Of a DNA stretch of 64,000 bases, positions 51,975 through 63,035 are shown piece after piece (the first letter of the stretch is position 1; each line of letters starts with the position of its first letter). The DNA comes from Bilabrum cf. latius (taxonomy: Eukaryota). Under the pieces are notes generated by a model. That model was not told where the DNA came from and did no database searches. It saw nothing but the letters and a program-made list of their open reading frames with translations. Position numbers and translations under genes: made by a program. The DNA lies in NCBI GenBank assembly GCA_965178125.1, contig OZ237755.1, positions 496,001 to 560,000 on the forward strand. Reading direction: 5' to 3'.

Positions 51975-54320
51975 ATGGACTCCAGGCCGCCACCTCCAAC
52001 TTCAAAGTCTTCGAAGAAGAAAAAGAGAAAATCGGGAAAGAAGAAATTGTCAATAGGCTCAGACAGCCCCGCTGATCAGGAAGCACAGCCTAGCAACCCG
52101 CGCCCGCCAACCAAGCAGCCGGGCGATGCAACTGCAGGGAGCAGAACGGCTCATCCACCTGCCACCAACGGTGCAGCTGTGAAAAAGAAATCCAGCAGGT
52201 CCAAAAGGAAGCGCAAGTCGAGTACGACCGCTAGGCCACCCCGCCCGCCTGGCAGACAGACTGCGCAAGCTGCCACTCCGGTAGAGTCCCAAGGCAGCAT
52301 CAACGGTAGCGATTCTGAGTTCAGCGAGGTTGAAGCGTACGCTGAATCTAGTGATGTTGACGGTACATAGCAATGGGACGGGCCGAGCGCGAAGCCACCC
52401 CCGCGACCACCAACAACGACTAGCAAAGCGCCCAAGACGAAGCGAAAGGGAGCCAAATCAAAGGCGAGCAAGGGCAAGCAAGGGAAGAAACGAAGCAAGA
52501 GAAAGCTAGCAGAGCATAAAACAGGCGATGACAGCGATAGCGATGGCAAAGATGGCTCCGCACCAGTTGGCGATGCTGAAAAAGCAAACGGCAGAAGCGC
52601 GTCGTTTGTCGATTCCGATGACACGGACCACGAGTCTAGAGACGGAGCCAACGGGTCCGCGGAGGGAAAAGGAGTAGATGCAGGCGTGAACAATGAAGAG
52701 TTTTCAAAGAAGCAGGAAGCACAGCGGTAGGCCGCTGCAGCACAGGAGGCGGAGCTCGCCAGGCTGCCGCCCCATCGTCGCGCGGCCTTCGAGCGAGCGA
52801 GAGAAAGAGAACGAATGGATGCAGCCAGCGCAAGCGCCCGCCCTGCCCATGGCATTCCGCGGCAGCACGCAGTCGAGTCATTCTCTGGCATGGGCCCCCG
52901 CTCCCAAGCACCCCTATCCCTTCCTGCTCGAGGCGGAAGCTACCGAGCCAGCGGTCGGGAACAGCCTCGGGGGATGCCAGTGGGTTTGCCAGAGCACCGA
53001 CTGCCTCATGCCGGCGCGTCATCTCGCGGAGTGGTGCCTCGCGTCGGCTAGTATCGCGCTGGGTATGCCGGTCATGGTGATATTTCCAGGCAGCCGGGCG
53101 GCAAGCTGCCAATTGCAAGCAAGCAAGGGGCTGTGGATCCCACGAATCCGGAGGCAGTAGGCATGTTCGGCGGACACAATCGGATGTATGCGGGGGGTAC
53201 CCCGTCCTCCACTCCTGCTGCTCCGTCTTAGTTCGGCACGAGGCCAGGAGGACCTGCGCCGCTGCCGCCGCACCTCCGAGCGCGAGCCGGATAGAGCAGG
53301 ATCCCGTACTCTGGGGCGGCCGCTGCAGGTCCTGGTGCTGGCAATGGCAGCCGCATGGACGGTGCATCAGCTGCTCGTGCGCACCAGACGGCTGACCCTC
53401 ACTATTACCCTGACACGGAAGCGGCTGAGTTTCCGCAGGGACGGGTCATGGGGAACAGGGGCGCGGTCGATCCTGTGTTCCCTGACCGGCAGGTGCCTTG
53501 GACACCCCCGCCGCCCAAGGACCTGATCGAGGCTCAGGACTGCTGCTGCTGCCGGTGCGTGTGCCTGGACGACGACCCGGAGCCGAATTAGGGATGCTGC
53601 GGGCCGGCCGCGACCAATGATGTGCCCCTGTGCCAGTGCCCTTTGCTCAAGCCGGGGCAGGCGTCAAGGCACCTGATTGATCAGTACTTGCCTGGTGTCA
53701 GCGAGAGCTTGGACAAAGACGGATGCTGCTGCGCGCAGCAGGATTGCACCTCGGTGCAGGATTGCTTGTGCTGTCCTGTTGCGTTCAGCTGCAGGATTTG
53801 CGGGTATGGGTGTTTCTGTCCTTGCCAAGACGAGTCGGATCGTCTGCTTGGCTGCGGGCAGGCCTGGCTGTTGGTCCTGGCGGCCGGGCTGATCCTGACA
53901 CTGTTCCTTGCAGACTCTTGGCAGCTACTCGTCGGCCTGCTCACCCCACTGATCTTCTGCATCGCTTGCGTTGTTCCCTGCGTGCAGCTGCCGTACTGCC
54001 TCGGCTTGGAGGAGCCGGAGCATCAGGCGGGCGGGGTGGTGGCCGCCTGCCTGTCCCTGACCATTCCCCTGACCGTGGGACTGGTGCTGCTGGGGGCTGA
54101 CGTGAGGGATGGCCAGGAGGAGGGGGGATCGGTGGGCAGCGGCCCCGGGGCTATCGACATGTCGACGGATAGGGAGTTTGGGGAGGCTTGGGTTTGGACG
54201 ATCGTCGCTCTTTGCTTGCTTTGGGCGTGCCTGATTCCGTGCCTGCGTTCGAGGGCCTTTGCGAGCGCCGCTCATTTCTGCCGCGTGTCCGTGTGCGGGC
54301 ACTGGGGGGGTGAAGGGTGA
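51975..54320 (+). CDS. Hypothetical protein (~781 aa): basic/low-complexity N-terminus, Cys-rich region, ~4 C-terminal TM helices
   Basis: One frame through TAGs at 52368, 52728, 53049, 53229 and 53589. CC/CxC clusters followed by hydrophobic helices. Ends in TGA. Confidence 0.6.
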
Positions 54321-54525
54321 GATTGGTGTGGAAGTTACCGTGACAAACGATGAGATGATTCATCCAATGCAACCATAGAATGTGTGTGCTGCAGCGTAGA
54401 TTCGTTGTATATGCAGCAGTGCAGTGTGCAGCTCGACATCGCAACTGCACTGCACTGAAGCGCGTATCCTCCATCACCGGGATCCCCTAGTTGGGCCTCC
54501 AGTCATTTGCTTGATACTCTGTAGC

Positions 54526-55724
54526 ATGCAGCATGCCCGTGATGCTGCGAGACGTGTCTTGGACTAGTTAATGGGCGAGAACAGGGACGGAGATATGGAC
54601 GACGTGGAAGTGAAAGTGAGAGAATCGGGTTTGGCTGCCACAAGCTGCGTCTTGGGACCAAAATCTGCCGCCACTTTGAGTACTTCCCTGACTTGAATCC
54701 GCAGGACTGGAGAGATGAGCGAGTATGTAAGCCTAACTTGATTGACGGCTGCGTGCACGATCTATTCAGCAAAACAACGTACGACCAGGGGCCATGCCCT
54801 AAGCTGTACTGTGGCGAGCGAGCAGATAAGTGGAAGCGCATTTTCCTGGAGCAAAAGCAAGCCGGTAAGGTTAGTGCTCGCGAGCTGGGCATGATGGAAG
54901 ACGAAGCAGAGGGGCAGATGATCCGATTCGTACGAAACGAAGTTGATCGTCGAATTGAGCGAGCCATGACGAGGACTGAGGCCGCCCAGAGCGCTTTGGA
55001 AGTACTAGATGTCGAAGCCGTGCCAGAGATTGCTGCCATTTCCAAGCAAATCGATGAGAAAGAAGCAGAGGCCGAGAAGGCAGGCGAGGAGGGCGAAGTC
55101 GACAAGTCGCGAGCCCTGCTCGACGAGGTTGCGCACCTCCGTCGGGAGAAAGCGTCGGCAGTGTCGGCAAACTTGGCGCAGCAGCGAGCTGCTGTTGCAT
55201 CTGGCCCGCTTGCGCGCGCTAATCCGCGATCGAACGAGCCCTTCTTGCGTGTGTGCAAGGCTTGCGGGTCCCTTCTCTCGATCAAGGATGCAGACGACCG
55301 GCTGGCCGAGCACTTCGAAGGCAAGGCCCACACGAATGTCGTGAAGGTTAAGACGAAGCTAGAGCAGATGAGAGAAAGCCGCAGGTTGGGGCACGGTGGC
55401 GGCGCGTGGAACCAGCAGCGCCAAGGATTCGGAGCCGGGGGCGGAAGCATGCGCGCGAGCCTGATCGGGGGTACGGACGAGCGGCGAGGGGGTGGGGGGG
55501 GAGGGTATCGCGGCCGCCCCTTGCACGAGGACGACCGGGGGCGCATGGGTCCCGGGCCATCCTCTGGAGCTGGAAGCAGCAGCAGTGCACCGGCCCCAGC
55601 ACACGGCGCTGCTGCCAGCGGTGTGCTGCCTGGGGGTGTGCCACCAGCCGTGCCACCCGCCCCGCCGGCAGCACCTCCAGCTCCAGGCCCTCCCCCGGCC
55701 GTGCCGGGGCCGCCACCGAGCTAA
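54526..55724 (+). CDS. LUC7: LUC7-like U1 snRNP splicing factor (exons 54526-54615, 54705-55724; ~369 aa)
   Basis: N-terminal DAARRVLD[TAG]LMGENRD. First zinc-finger region VCKPNLIDGCVHDLF..T..DQGPCPK. Second finger LRVCKACGSLLSIKDADDRLAEHFEGKAH. Ends in TAA. Confidence 0.88.
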
Positions 55725-55856
55725 TTGATTGATTGTTTGGTTGAGATTTTGTGGAAGTCAGCGACTTGCTGTGTTCGTGACAGCAGCGTATACCAACCTC
55801 CTCGAACACCTCTGATCAGCTCATCCACTTTATGTCTGCTCTCCGCTCTGCGCCTA

Positions 55857-58656
55857 TCACGCGCGGCTGCCTCGCTGTTGGCCCATCGCACTCGGTGTCC
55901 TGATCCGATCGTGTCCCAAGCCTCCCGTGCCTGGCACGGCAACTTCCACGGGCCTGAACCCAGACAGCCTAGACTCACCACGCTGCGTGCTTGACCCCCT
56001 TGATCCTGCACCTGCATGCAGTGGACCCGCACCTGCACCGGCGCGCCCGCGGGAGGCAGGCATGCGTTCTGCCGTGCGTCTGCCCCCGAAATCGACCTCC
56101 ACGCCATCAGCGGGAGCTGCAAGCGTGCCGCTTGAACCTGCTCCCAGGCTGCTGCCACTGCGTCCATACCCCACAGCAGAATCCCTGCCCCGCTAGTCGT
56201 CACCAAGCTCGGTGCCAGAGCCGGTAGCGGGCCAGTATCCCGCACCGATCGCCTGAACATCACCATCACCACCGGGGCCTGCGCTGCTGTCACGCCTGCC
56301 CACAATGGTAGAATCACGGCTGCCCCTCGCCCCCCGGTCTGCAGCACCCAGGTCGATCTAACCGACGTCTCCAAGCTCATCTTCACGCAATCGATCGCTC
56401 TAGCGGATCTCTTCTTCTTCTTCCTCTCGAAGCTCTTCTGGGGATGGGCCAGAGTACGCGTAGCACGACACGATCGTGAAGTCTCTCCCGCACGCCACTG
56501 CCCTCGGTCTACCGCGGCCCACGCCATCCACGAGCCGATCGAACGCATCGACCCTCTGCGGATGTGCGACAAATTCATCCGATACGTCCGCGCCCAAGCA
56601 GCCGTACTTGTTGCTACCCCACGTGTACAGCTCGCTCTCATTCGTCAGTATCGCGTTGTGCGTCGGCCCGCACACCAGCTCCCTCGCTGCAACGCCCAAC
56701 TCCACCAGGCCTGGCATTTCGAGAGGGTAGGGCGATGCGTGCGTTGCATCACCAAGACCCAGCTGGCCCTGCATTCCCGTGCCCCAGGCGTGCACGTATC
56801 CGCAATTCACGAAAGGGGGCGTCTCGACGATACACGCAGAGTGCCAGGTGCCGCAACCGACCTGCAGCACGCGCTCCCCCTCCAGCGCCGCGATTGGCGT
56901 GGGCAACGGCCTGTTCTTATTGTCGCCGTGCCCCAGTTTGCCCCCGCTGCCGGACCCCCAAGAAAACACCGGCAAGCTGCACCCGTCGGCCAGCACGAGG
57001 CAGTGGCTCGCTCCGCAGCTCACCTGCAGCACCCTCAGCACCTGCGGCGGCACGCTGAGCGGCACAGGAGCACGGTCTGGAAGCACGTCTCCGTCAAATT
57101 GCGGGACTGGATTGGGTGTAGGGAAGTATCGCCTGTACTGCAGGGGGACTCCTTTTCGCTCCGTGGCTCCGATGCCGAGCCTGCCTTCCATCGCATTGCC
57201 CCAGCTGAGGATCTTGCCACTAGCAGTGGTGACGAGAGTGTGCGAGTGTCCCGCGACGGCTTCAATGATGGGCTCGCCCTGAAGATTTTCCATCAGCTCT
57301 GGCTCTATGACCTCATCAAACGTACCAAGCCCGCACTGCCCATACCGATTCTGTCCCCAAGTGAACGTGTCACCACCTTCCGATACAGCCACTACATGCC
57401 CAGCCCCAGCGGACACCTAAACGATGGCTTCTCCCCTTAAGCGGTCTATCTGGACGGGATAAAGATGCTTGTTTCGCTCAGACCGCGATTTTTGGGTCTG
57501 GTGCACGGCAGCAGCACTTGCTCGGTCCAAGGTGCTCCCGGCAGCATTCCACTTCGCTGCGGCGCTCGGCCCTTCTCTGTCAGCGCCGTTAGATTGTATC
57601 ATGCTGCTGCTACTGCCTGTGATTCGTGGATCTGCCACGCCACCAGTTGGGACGCCACGAATGCCAAGCTGATCGACAACCCCGGAGCGGACTGGTCCGT
57701 CCGGGTGCCTGAATGGATAAAGCTCGTTGCTGCGATCGCTTCGGTCTCCCGATCGCTGGCTATTCGATATTGCTCTTGAGTTGCTTGGATGGGCCGATCC
57801 CCGGAGCAAAACGCCCTTGATGGACCCATCCCCTGCTGGAAGCATCAGTCGCCTTCCAGCTGCCAGTGGCTGCTCCTTCGCCTCGGGTCTGAGAGCCGCT
57901 CCAGCTTGCCGCCGCCGATCGCCTGCTCGCATTTGAGTGTAACCCAAGGGAGCCTGACCACCGCCTCCCCACGAAAAGACTTCTTGCTGGTCGGACACAG
58001 CGACGCAGAAATCCCCAGACTGCGTCAAGAGAAACAGCCGTGAACTGTGTTTCTAGGCGTATGCTGGATAAACCCACCATTGAGCGCGCTGCTATTCTGT
58101 AGTTTGTGCCCTACTCACGGCAGAAATCATATCAATGTTCTTTCCTTTTAAGCCTGGGATGCATGCGAACGACTCTCTCGGTAAGCTGTCCCCAAGTCCG
58201 ACTGCGAACGAAAAGGGTAACATGGAGCATTTTCAGGCTAGTCAGTCTAATGGTCTGAATTGTGAGTACGTTGATGTGCAGCTCCTCACGCTACCCGGTG
58301 TGATTTACCCCAACTGCATACGTGCTGCCGGCCTGCTCGAGCAACGTGCCGGCTTGTTGCTTCGCGACACGGGCAGGCTCCACGCCAAGCTAGTGTTCAA
58401 ACTTTGCCTAAATCCAGTCTAGTAGTCTTTCTTGCAACTCAAGCTTGGTACCATCGTGAGGCAGACCCCTCCTTTTCAGATTTTCGGCAAGGCTGCGGCG
58501 ATTCAGCTCCCTCAGACTCGACTTGCCGGTCAGCAAGTCGTCATCTTTGAGGATCCCCGTCGGTTTAGTGTACCACGGCTTCTCTTCTGCTCGTCGCAGC
58601 TGCCTGTACAGTTCCATGCATTCAGCGTGACCAGGAATTGTGCGAGCACGCCGCAT
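55857..58656 (-). CDS. RCC1-repeat protein with an N-terminal SAP-like motif (introns 58202-58289, 58020-58118; 5' end approximate)
   Basis: SAP-like LAENLKRRGLPHDGTKLELQERL. Multiple RCC1 repeats (WGQNRYGQCG, QVSCGASH, GQLGLG). TAGs at 58408, 58390, 58291, 57417, 56400 and 56193. TGA at 55857. Confidence 0.85.
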
Positions 58657-58832
58657 GCTCGGAACGGACGGAGTGCACTAATCACATGGCGACGAACACG
58701 GCGAAATGCAAAGTGGACAGTCAGCTACTGTGCAGTCTCTCAATTCACAATCTTGTCTGCGCCGTCCCGCCCCCTCCCTGCCCATGCCCGTGCCCGTGCC
58801 CCCTGCAGCACACCAGCACCGCCGGATCGCCA

Positions 58833-59597
58833 TCAGTCGGCTTGGAACGTCGGGCCAAGGCACACCTCTCGAACGCACACGTGCTTGGGCGCGAGAGAAG
58901 CGTAGATGATTGCGTCAGCCACGTCCTTGGGAACCAGTGCCTTTGATTTGAGGCTTTCCTTCTTCCATGCCTCGTAGCCCTCGATCACGCCAGGGGTCTT
59001 GCTGTGGCTCAGCAACTCAGTCTCGACCACGCCCGGGGAGATCACCACGACGCGCACGCCCTTCTCGCACACCTCGGTGCGCAACACCTCTGAAAAAGCG
59101 TGCACGCCAAACTTCGTGGCGCAGTACGCCGCGTGGTTTCCAAAGGCCTTGCGACCAGCGATGGATGACACGTTCACAATCACTCCATCCTCTCGCTCGC
59201 ACATGCCCTTCACTACGGCGCGAGATCCATTTAACGCGCCGAGCACATTGACCCTCATCATGGCTTCCCACTCAGCAGGATCTTGATCCATCACAGATCC
59301 GAGCTGCATTAGACCGGCGTTGTTAATGAAAATGTAGGTCGGGCCGTACTCCTTTTCGGCTTCCTCAACGGCGGCAGAAATCGCCTTCAGGTCAGTCACA
59401 TCAACTTTCTTGCACATCGCCTTCGGGAGCTTCATCTCCTCCATCCGCTCCAGGCGCCTAGCCAGCAGCAGCAAAGGATGCCCAAGACGGCTGTACGCCT
59501 TAGCCGTCTCAGCTCCGATGCCACTTGACGCGCCTGTAATTACCACGAGACCTTTAGTTTCACTTGCTTCAACTGATGCGTCCCCCACGGCTGCCAT
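58833..59597 (-). CDS. Short-chain dehydrogenase/reductase (classical SDR)
   Basis: Motifs TGASSGIG, NNAG, NVSS, YCATK and ISPGVVET. Intronless. Ends in TGA. Confidence 0.92.
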   Translation of the reverse strand: MAAVGDASVEASETKGLVVITGASSGIGAETAKAYSRLGHPLLLLARRLERMEEMKLPKAMCKKVDVTDLKAISAAVEEAEKEYGPTYIFINNAGLMQLGSVMDQDPAEWEAMMRVNVLGALNGSRAVVKGMCEREDGVIVNVSSIAGRKAFGNHAAYCATKFGVHAFSEVLRTEVCEKGVRVVVISPGVVETELLSHSKTPGVIEGYEAWKKESLKSKALVPKDVADAIIYASLAPKHVCVREVCLGPTFQAD

Positions 59598-59889
59598 CTT
59601 TCCTTCCTGTACCAAGCAAATGATCTATTGAAGCACCAAGGATCGCACTGCACTTCAGGACAAGTTAAATCGGATTCAACACGCAACATTAAAGCGCCGC
59701 CGACCGAAACGGCACTGCCATAGATCTAGCTCTGTGAGCCTGTTTTTTCGATGTGATTCCCTCGATACGTTCACGTGACAACCCTGCCACGCAAGTCGGC
59801 CCCATGGATCTAGCACAGCTGCTGCCAGACCACGAACTTTCCGGAGCCAGCCCTGCACCGCCCAACAGCTTGGTCGTGCATAGTAGATC

Positions 59890-62817
59890 ATGATAGTCCT
59901 GGTAGACGGAACACAAGCTATTTCGTTCGAGGAGCGAGCAAAGAAAACTCGTGATGGTTCGAAGTAGCGTTCAAAAAACGATTTTCCTTGGTTTGCAATA
60001 GAACTGGCACCAAAAGGAATCATGAGCCTATCGGTGGCCCCGATTCCGCCACCGTAGGGTTCTAGTTTGTAGCGATCGCGATCCCTTGCGTACGCCTCGC
60101 GGTATGGAGTTTCCGCCCCGCCTGCAGAGGCACCGGAAGGTGCAACTAGGGATAGCAACGACGTGTCCGGCCTGCCTGGCCTCCAATCTGCTCGCCGCAA
60201 AGCGGAATTTCTGTCGCTACCTGATAAGCCGTACGGAATCGATCAGCGTCCGCCTGGGGAGGGGGTACGAAACAGGTGGCGAGATTCGAGCGGCCAGGCA
60301 TATGAGCAAGACCCCTTCCCGAAACGCGTACCGCATCAATCTGCTTCCATTGTCGTAAGCAGTTTTGCTAGACGCACGGAGTAGCTCTTGGCTGTTGAGC
60401 CGAGGTTCGGCTGGCTGATGTACCTTGTTCCGTTTGTAGCTGCGGGCGCGCATCCGAGCGCGTCTGCCTGCGTTTCGTGCCACGAGATGCTTGTCCAGGC
60501 CGAGCATCTTGCAAAGCTGTATGGAGACTATGCTGGCGCACTGGCAATGAAGGAACTTTACTCGAGTGCGCCCTGGCCTCGCCTCGCTCGCGCAAGGAAG
60601 CACGCCGCGGAGGCAGTGGCGAACGCTGAGCGGTTGGCTCGCATTGCTGCTCGAGCGGCAGCTGCCAGAAAAGGCCGACCGATCTCAGAGAAAGAGGCAG
60701 ACGCAGTGAATGCAGGTGCTCTTGTTCCAGCCGAGGCACTCGCGAGGGCCGACCGTCTGGGGTGGAGCAGGGCATTCGGAGTTGACGCGAGTGTGCTGGG
60801 GGCTCCCTCCCCGCGGCTGCCGCTCACAGCAGGCGCGAAAGAGGTACAGGAAGAGGCCAGGAACGACTGCGCCAGGGTTGTGCTCCTGCCAGAAAGAGAA
60901 AAGATCCAGGGGATGGTGCGAGCAATGCGCCGAGCACTTGCTCAGCACTGGGTGGCCCGGGAGCAGGCTGCTCGCACTGCGCTGGCCGAGCAGGCGCGTG
61001 CGATCGCTCGAGCCAAGGCCCAGGCAAAAGCAGAGGCGAAGGCGGATGGAAAAGGGAAGAAGAAAGGCCGAGGCAGGGGCAGGAAGAAGCAGACCGCCGT
61101 ACCCGGCGCGGGGCAGCCGGGGCCAGTCCTCGCCAGCGGGACAGGAATGGGCCCAGATGGCCTACCGGACGGGTCGTCCCTGGTTGTGGGTGGGCTGCCC
61201 TTGGACCAGGTCTCATCGGTGTCTGCCGAGCAGTTTAGAATGTCGGCTGCAGACAGGGCTAGCCTGGAACCGGTGCGCGACACGACCGCGGAGGAGCGGG
61301 AATCGGGCCGGCAGCTCCTCATCGTAGACGGGACGGGTGCTCTGGATGCTGCGCTGCTGGACTGGATGCAGAAAGTACCCCCAGTCCCGGTGCCGCCATC
61401 AGACGGTGCGCTGGAGGGGTGCCCGATCGTGGCTGGGTTCGACTGGCTGCGGCAGGCGCATGAAAAGTGCAGCGAGCTGCTCTGGAGGGCGTGCAACCTC
61501 GGTGCTGCCTCATTGCACGCCAGCCTTGAGGCGGCTGGGCTGCTTCCATCCTAGCTGCAGCTGCAGCTGCAGATGCAGGACAGGCAGGGCGAGACACCCA
61601 GTAAATTAGCTGGTGCGCCGCCTCTGGCCTCTGAATCATCATCATCGAGTGCGGCATCCAAGGCGCACAACAGTAAGAAGGCTCGCCTTCCGGTCGTCGG
61701 TGCCGCCGCATTCAAGGAAGGTCTCGGTGCGCAGACTGGAGTGTTGGACGCTCTCCAATCTGAGATTAATACTGCCCGCAGTCTGCTTGTTGCTCGGGGC
61801 GAGCTGCACGCGGTTCCGCATTCCTACTTTGGAGTGCCCAGAGGTGCAGCAGAGCTGCTTGCGTACGCTGCTGGGCAGTCCACTGATGGGAAGAAGGGAA
61901 GGCCGAGTGAGTTTGGCGGGACTGACGAGAGCGAGGTGGTCGCGCCCCGGCTGCCTGTCGATGCTGACGACGATCTGCTCGAGGCGAGCGCGGCAGGGCC
62001 CGAGGACGCAGATAGGAGCTTGCTGTGTAGCACATCTGCTTCATCGCAAGCTTCTACGTCGGCTCTAGCTATAGGTTCCGCGGGTACATTTGGGGATGCT
62101 GGTGGGCTCGGAATCTCCCCCGCCGAGGCTCGTGAGCTGCTCGCGAGCGGCGCGCTGCTTTCGGGCGCCAGTGCAGTCGGATCAAAGCGGGGCAGGGAGT
62201 CCGGGCCACTTGCAGGAGCAACGGAGGCTGAGCTTGCTGCAATCAGAGGCGTGCTCGTCAATCTTGCTGCCATGGATGCTTCAGGACTCGGAAAGTTAAA
62301 GTTGCCTGTTGTCGTGCGGGGAAAGCAACTGGCTGAGGCCTGTCGCAGGTTGGGCGTGGATGAAGCGACGATTGCCCGCCTGCAGAACGCTTTTGTGCAT
62401 GATAGTGAGCATGATAGCGCAGATGCAAGGCGGCCCGCCAGCAAGCGTGCAAGGAGCGATGCCGATGCCGCGGCTGCTGGGGCCAGTATTGCAGGCGGGT
62501 CTCCCGACGGCCTGGCAGCCATTCAGGCCATCACTTCTACGGCGGCTGCCATGTACGGTGATCACTTCTGCGTGACACGGCGGCCGGCACAGCCAGAAGC
62601 ACAGGCGTCATCCAGTTCTGGTGCTGGGGCGGGCACGGCAGCCGCGAGTCGACCGACAAGGAAGGCAGCAAAGAGCAGCCGTAGGGCGGGTTCGCAGCCC
62701 AAACCGGTCACTGCAGAGGAGGCACGGGAGGCAGGCACCCGGGCGTTGGCTGCAGGAGGGGAGAGCCTCCTTGCGGCAGCTGCGGAGTTAGCTGGCACTC
62801 GAAGCGTGTTCGGCTGA
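59890..62817 (+). CDS. Hypothetical Ala-rich protein (start uncertain)
   Basis: ORFs 60163..60384, 60388..61554 and 61573..62817 share one frame, linked by TAGs (60382, 61552 and several upstream). Ends in TGA. Confidence 0.6.
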
Positions 62818-63035
62818 TGGATCCGGAGTTTGGATTCCAGATCTGGATCTGGGGCGGACTGCATCGGCACTGCGATCTAAATTCTTGATCTGAGGGTGAA
62901 CTTTACACCTCAAGTCAGTCATTCGCTCTGCTGGCTGTGACAGGCTGCACCAGCAAGACCATGCCAGTAGTAGCACTCTAACCATCTCAAACGCGTCTCG
63001 AACGAGGACTGGAGTGATCTCAGTTCTAAATTCCA

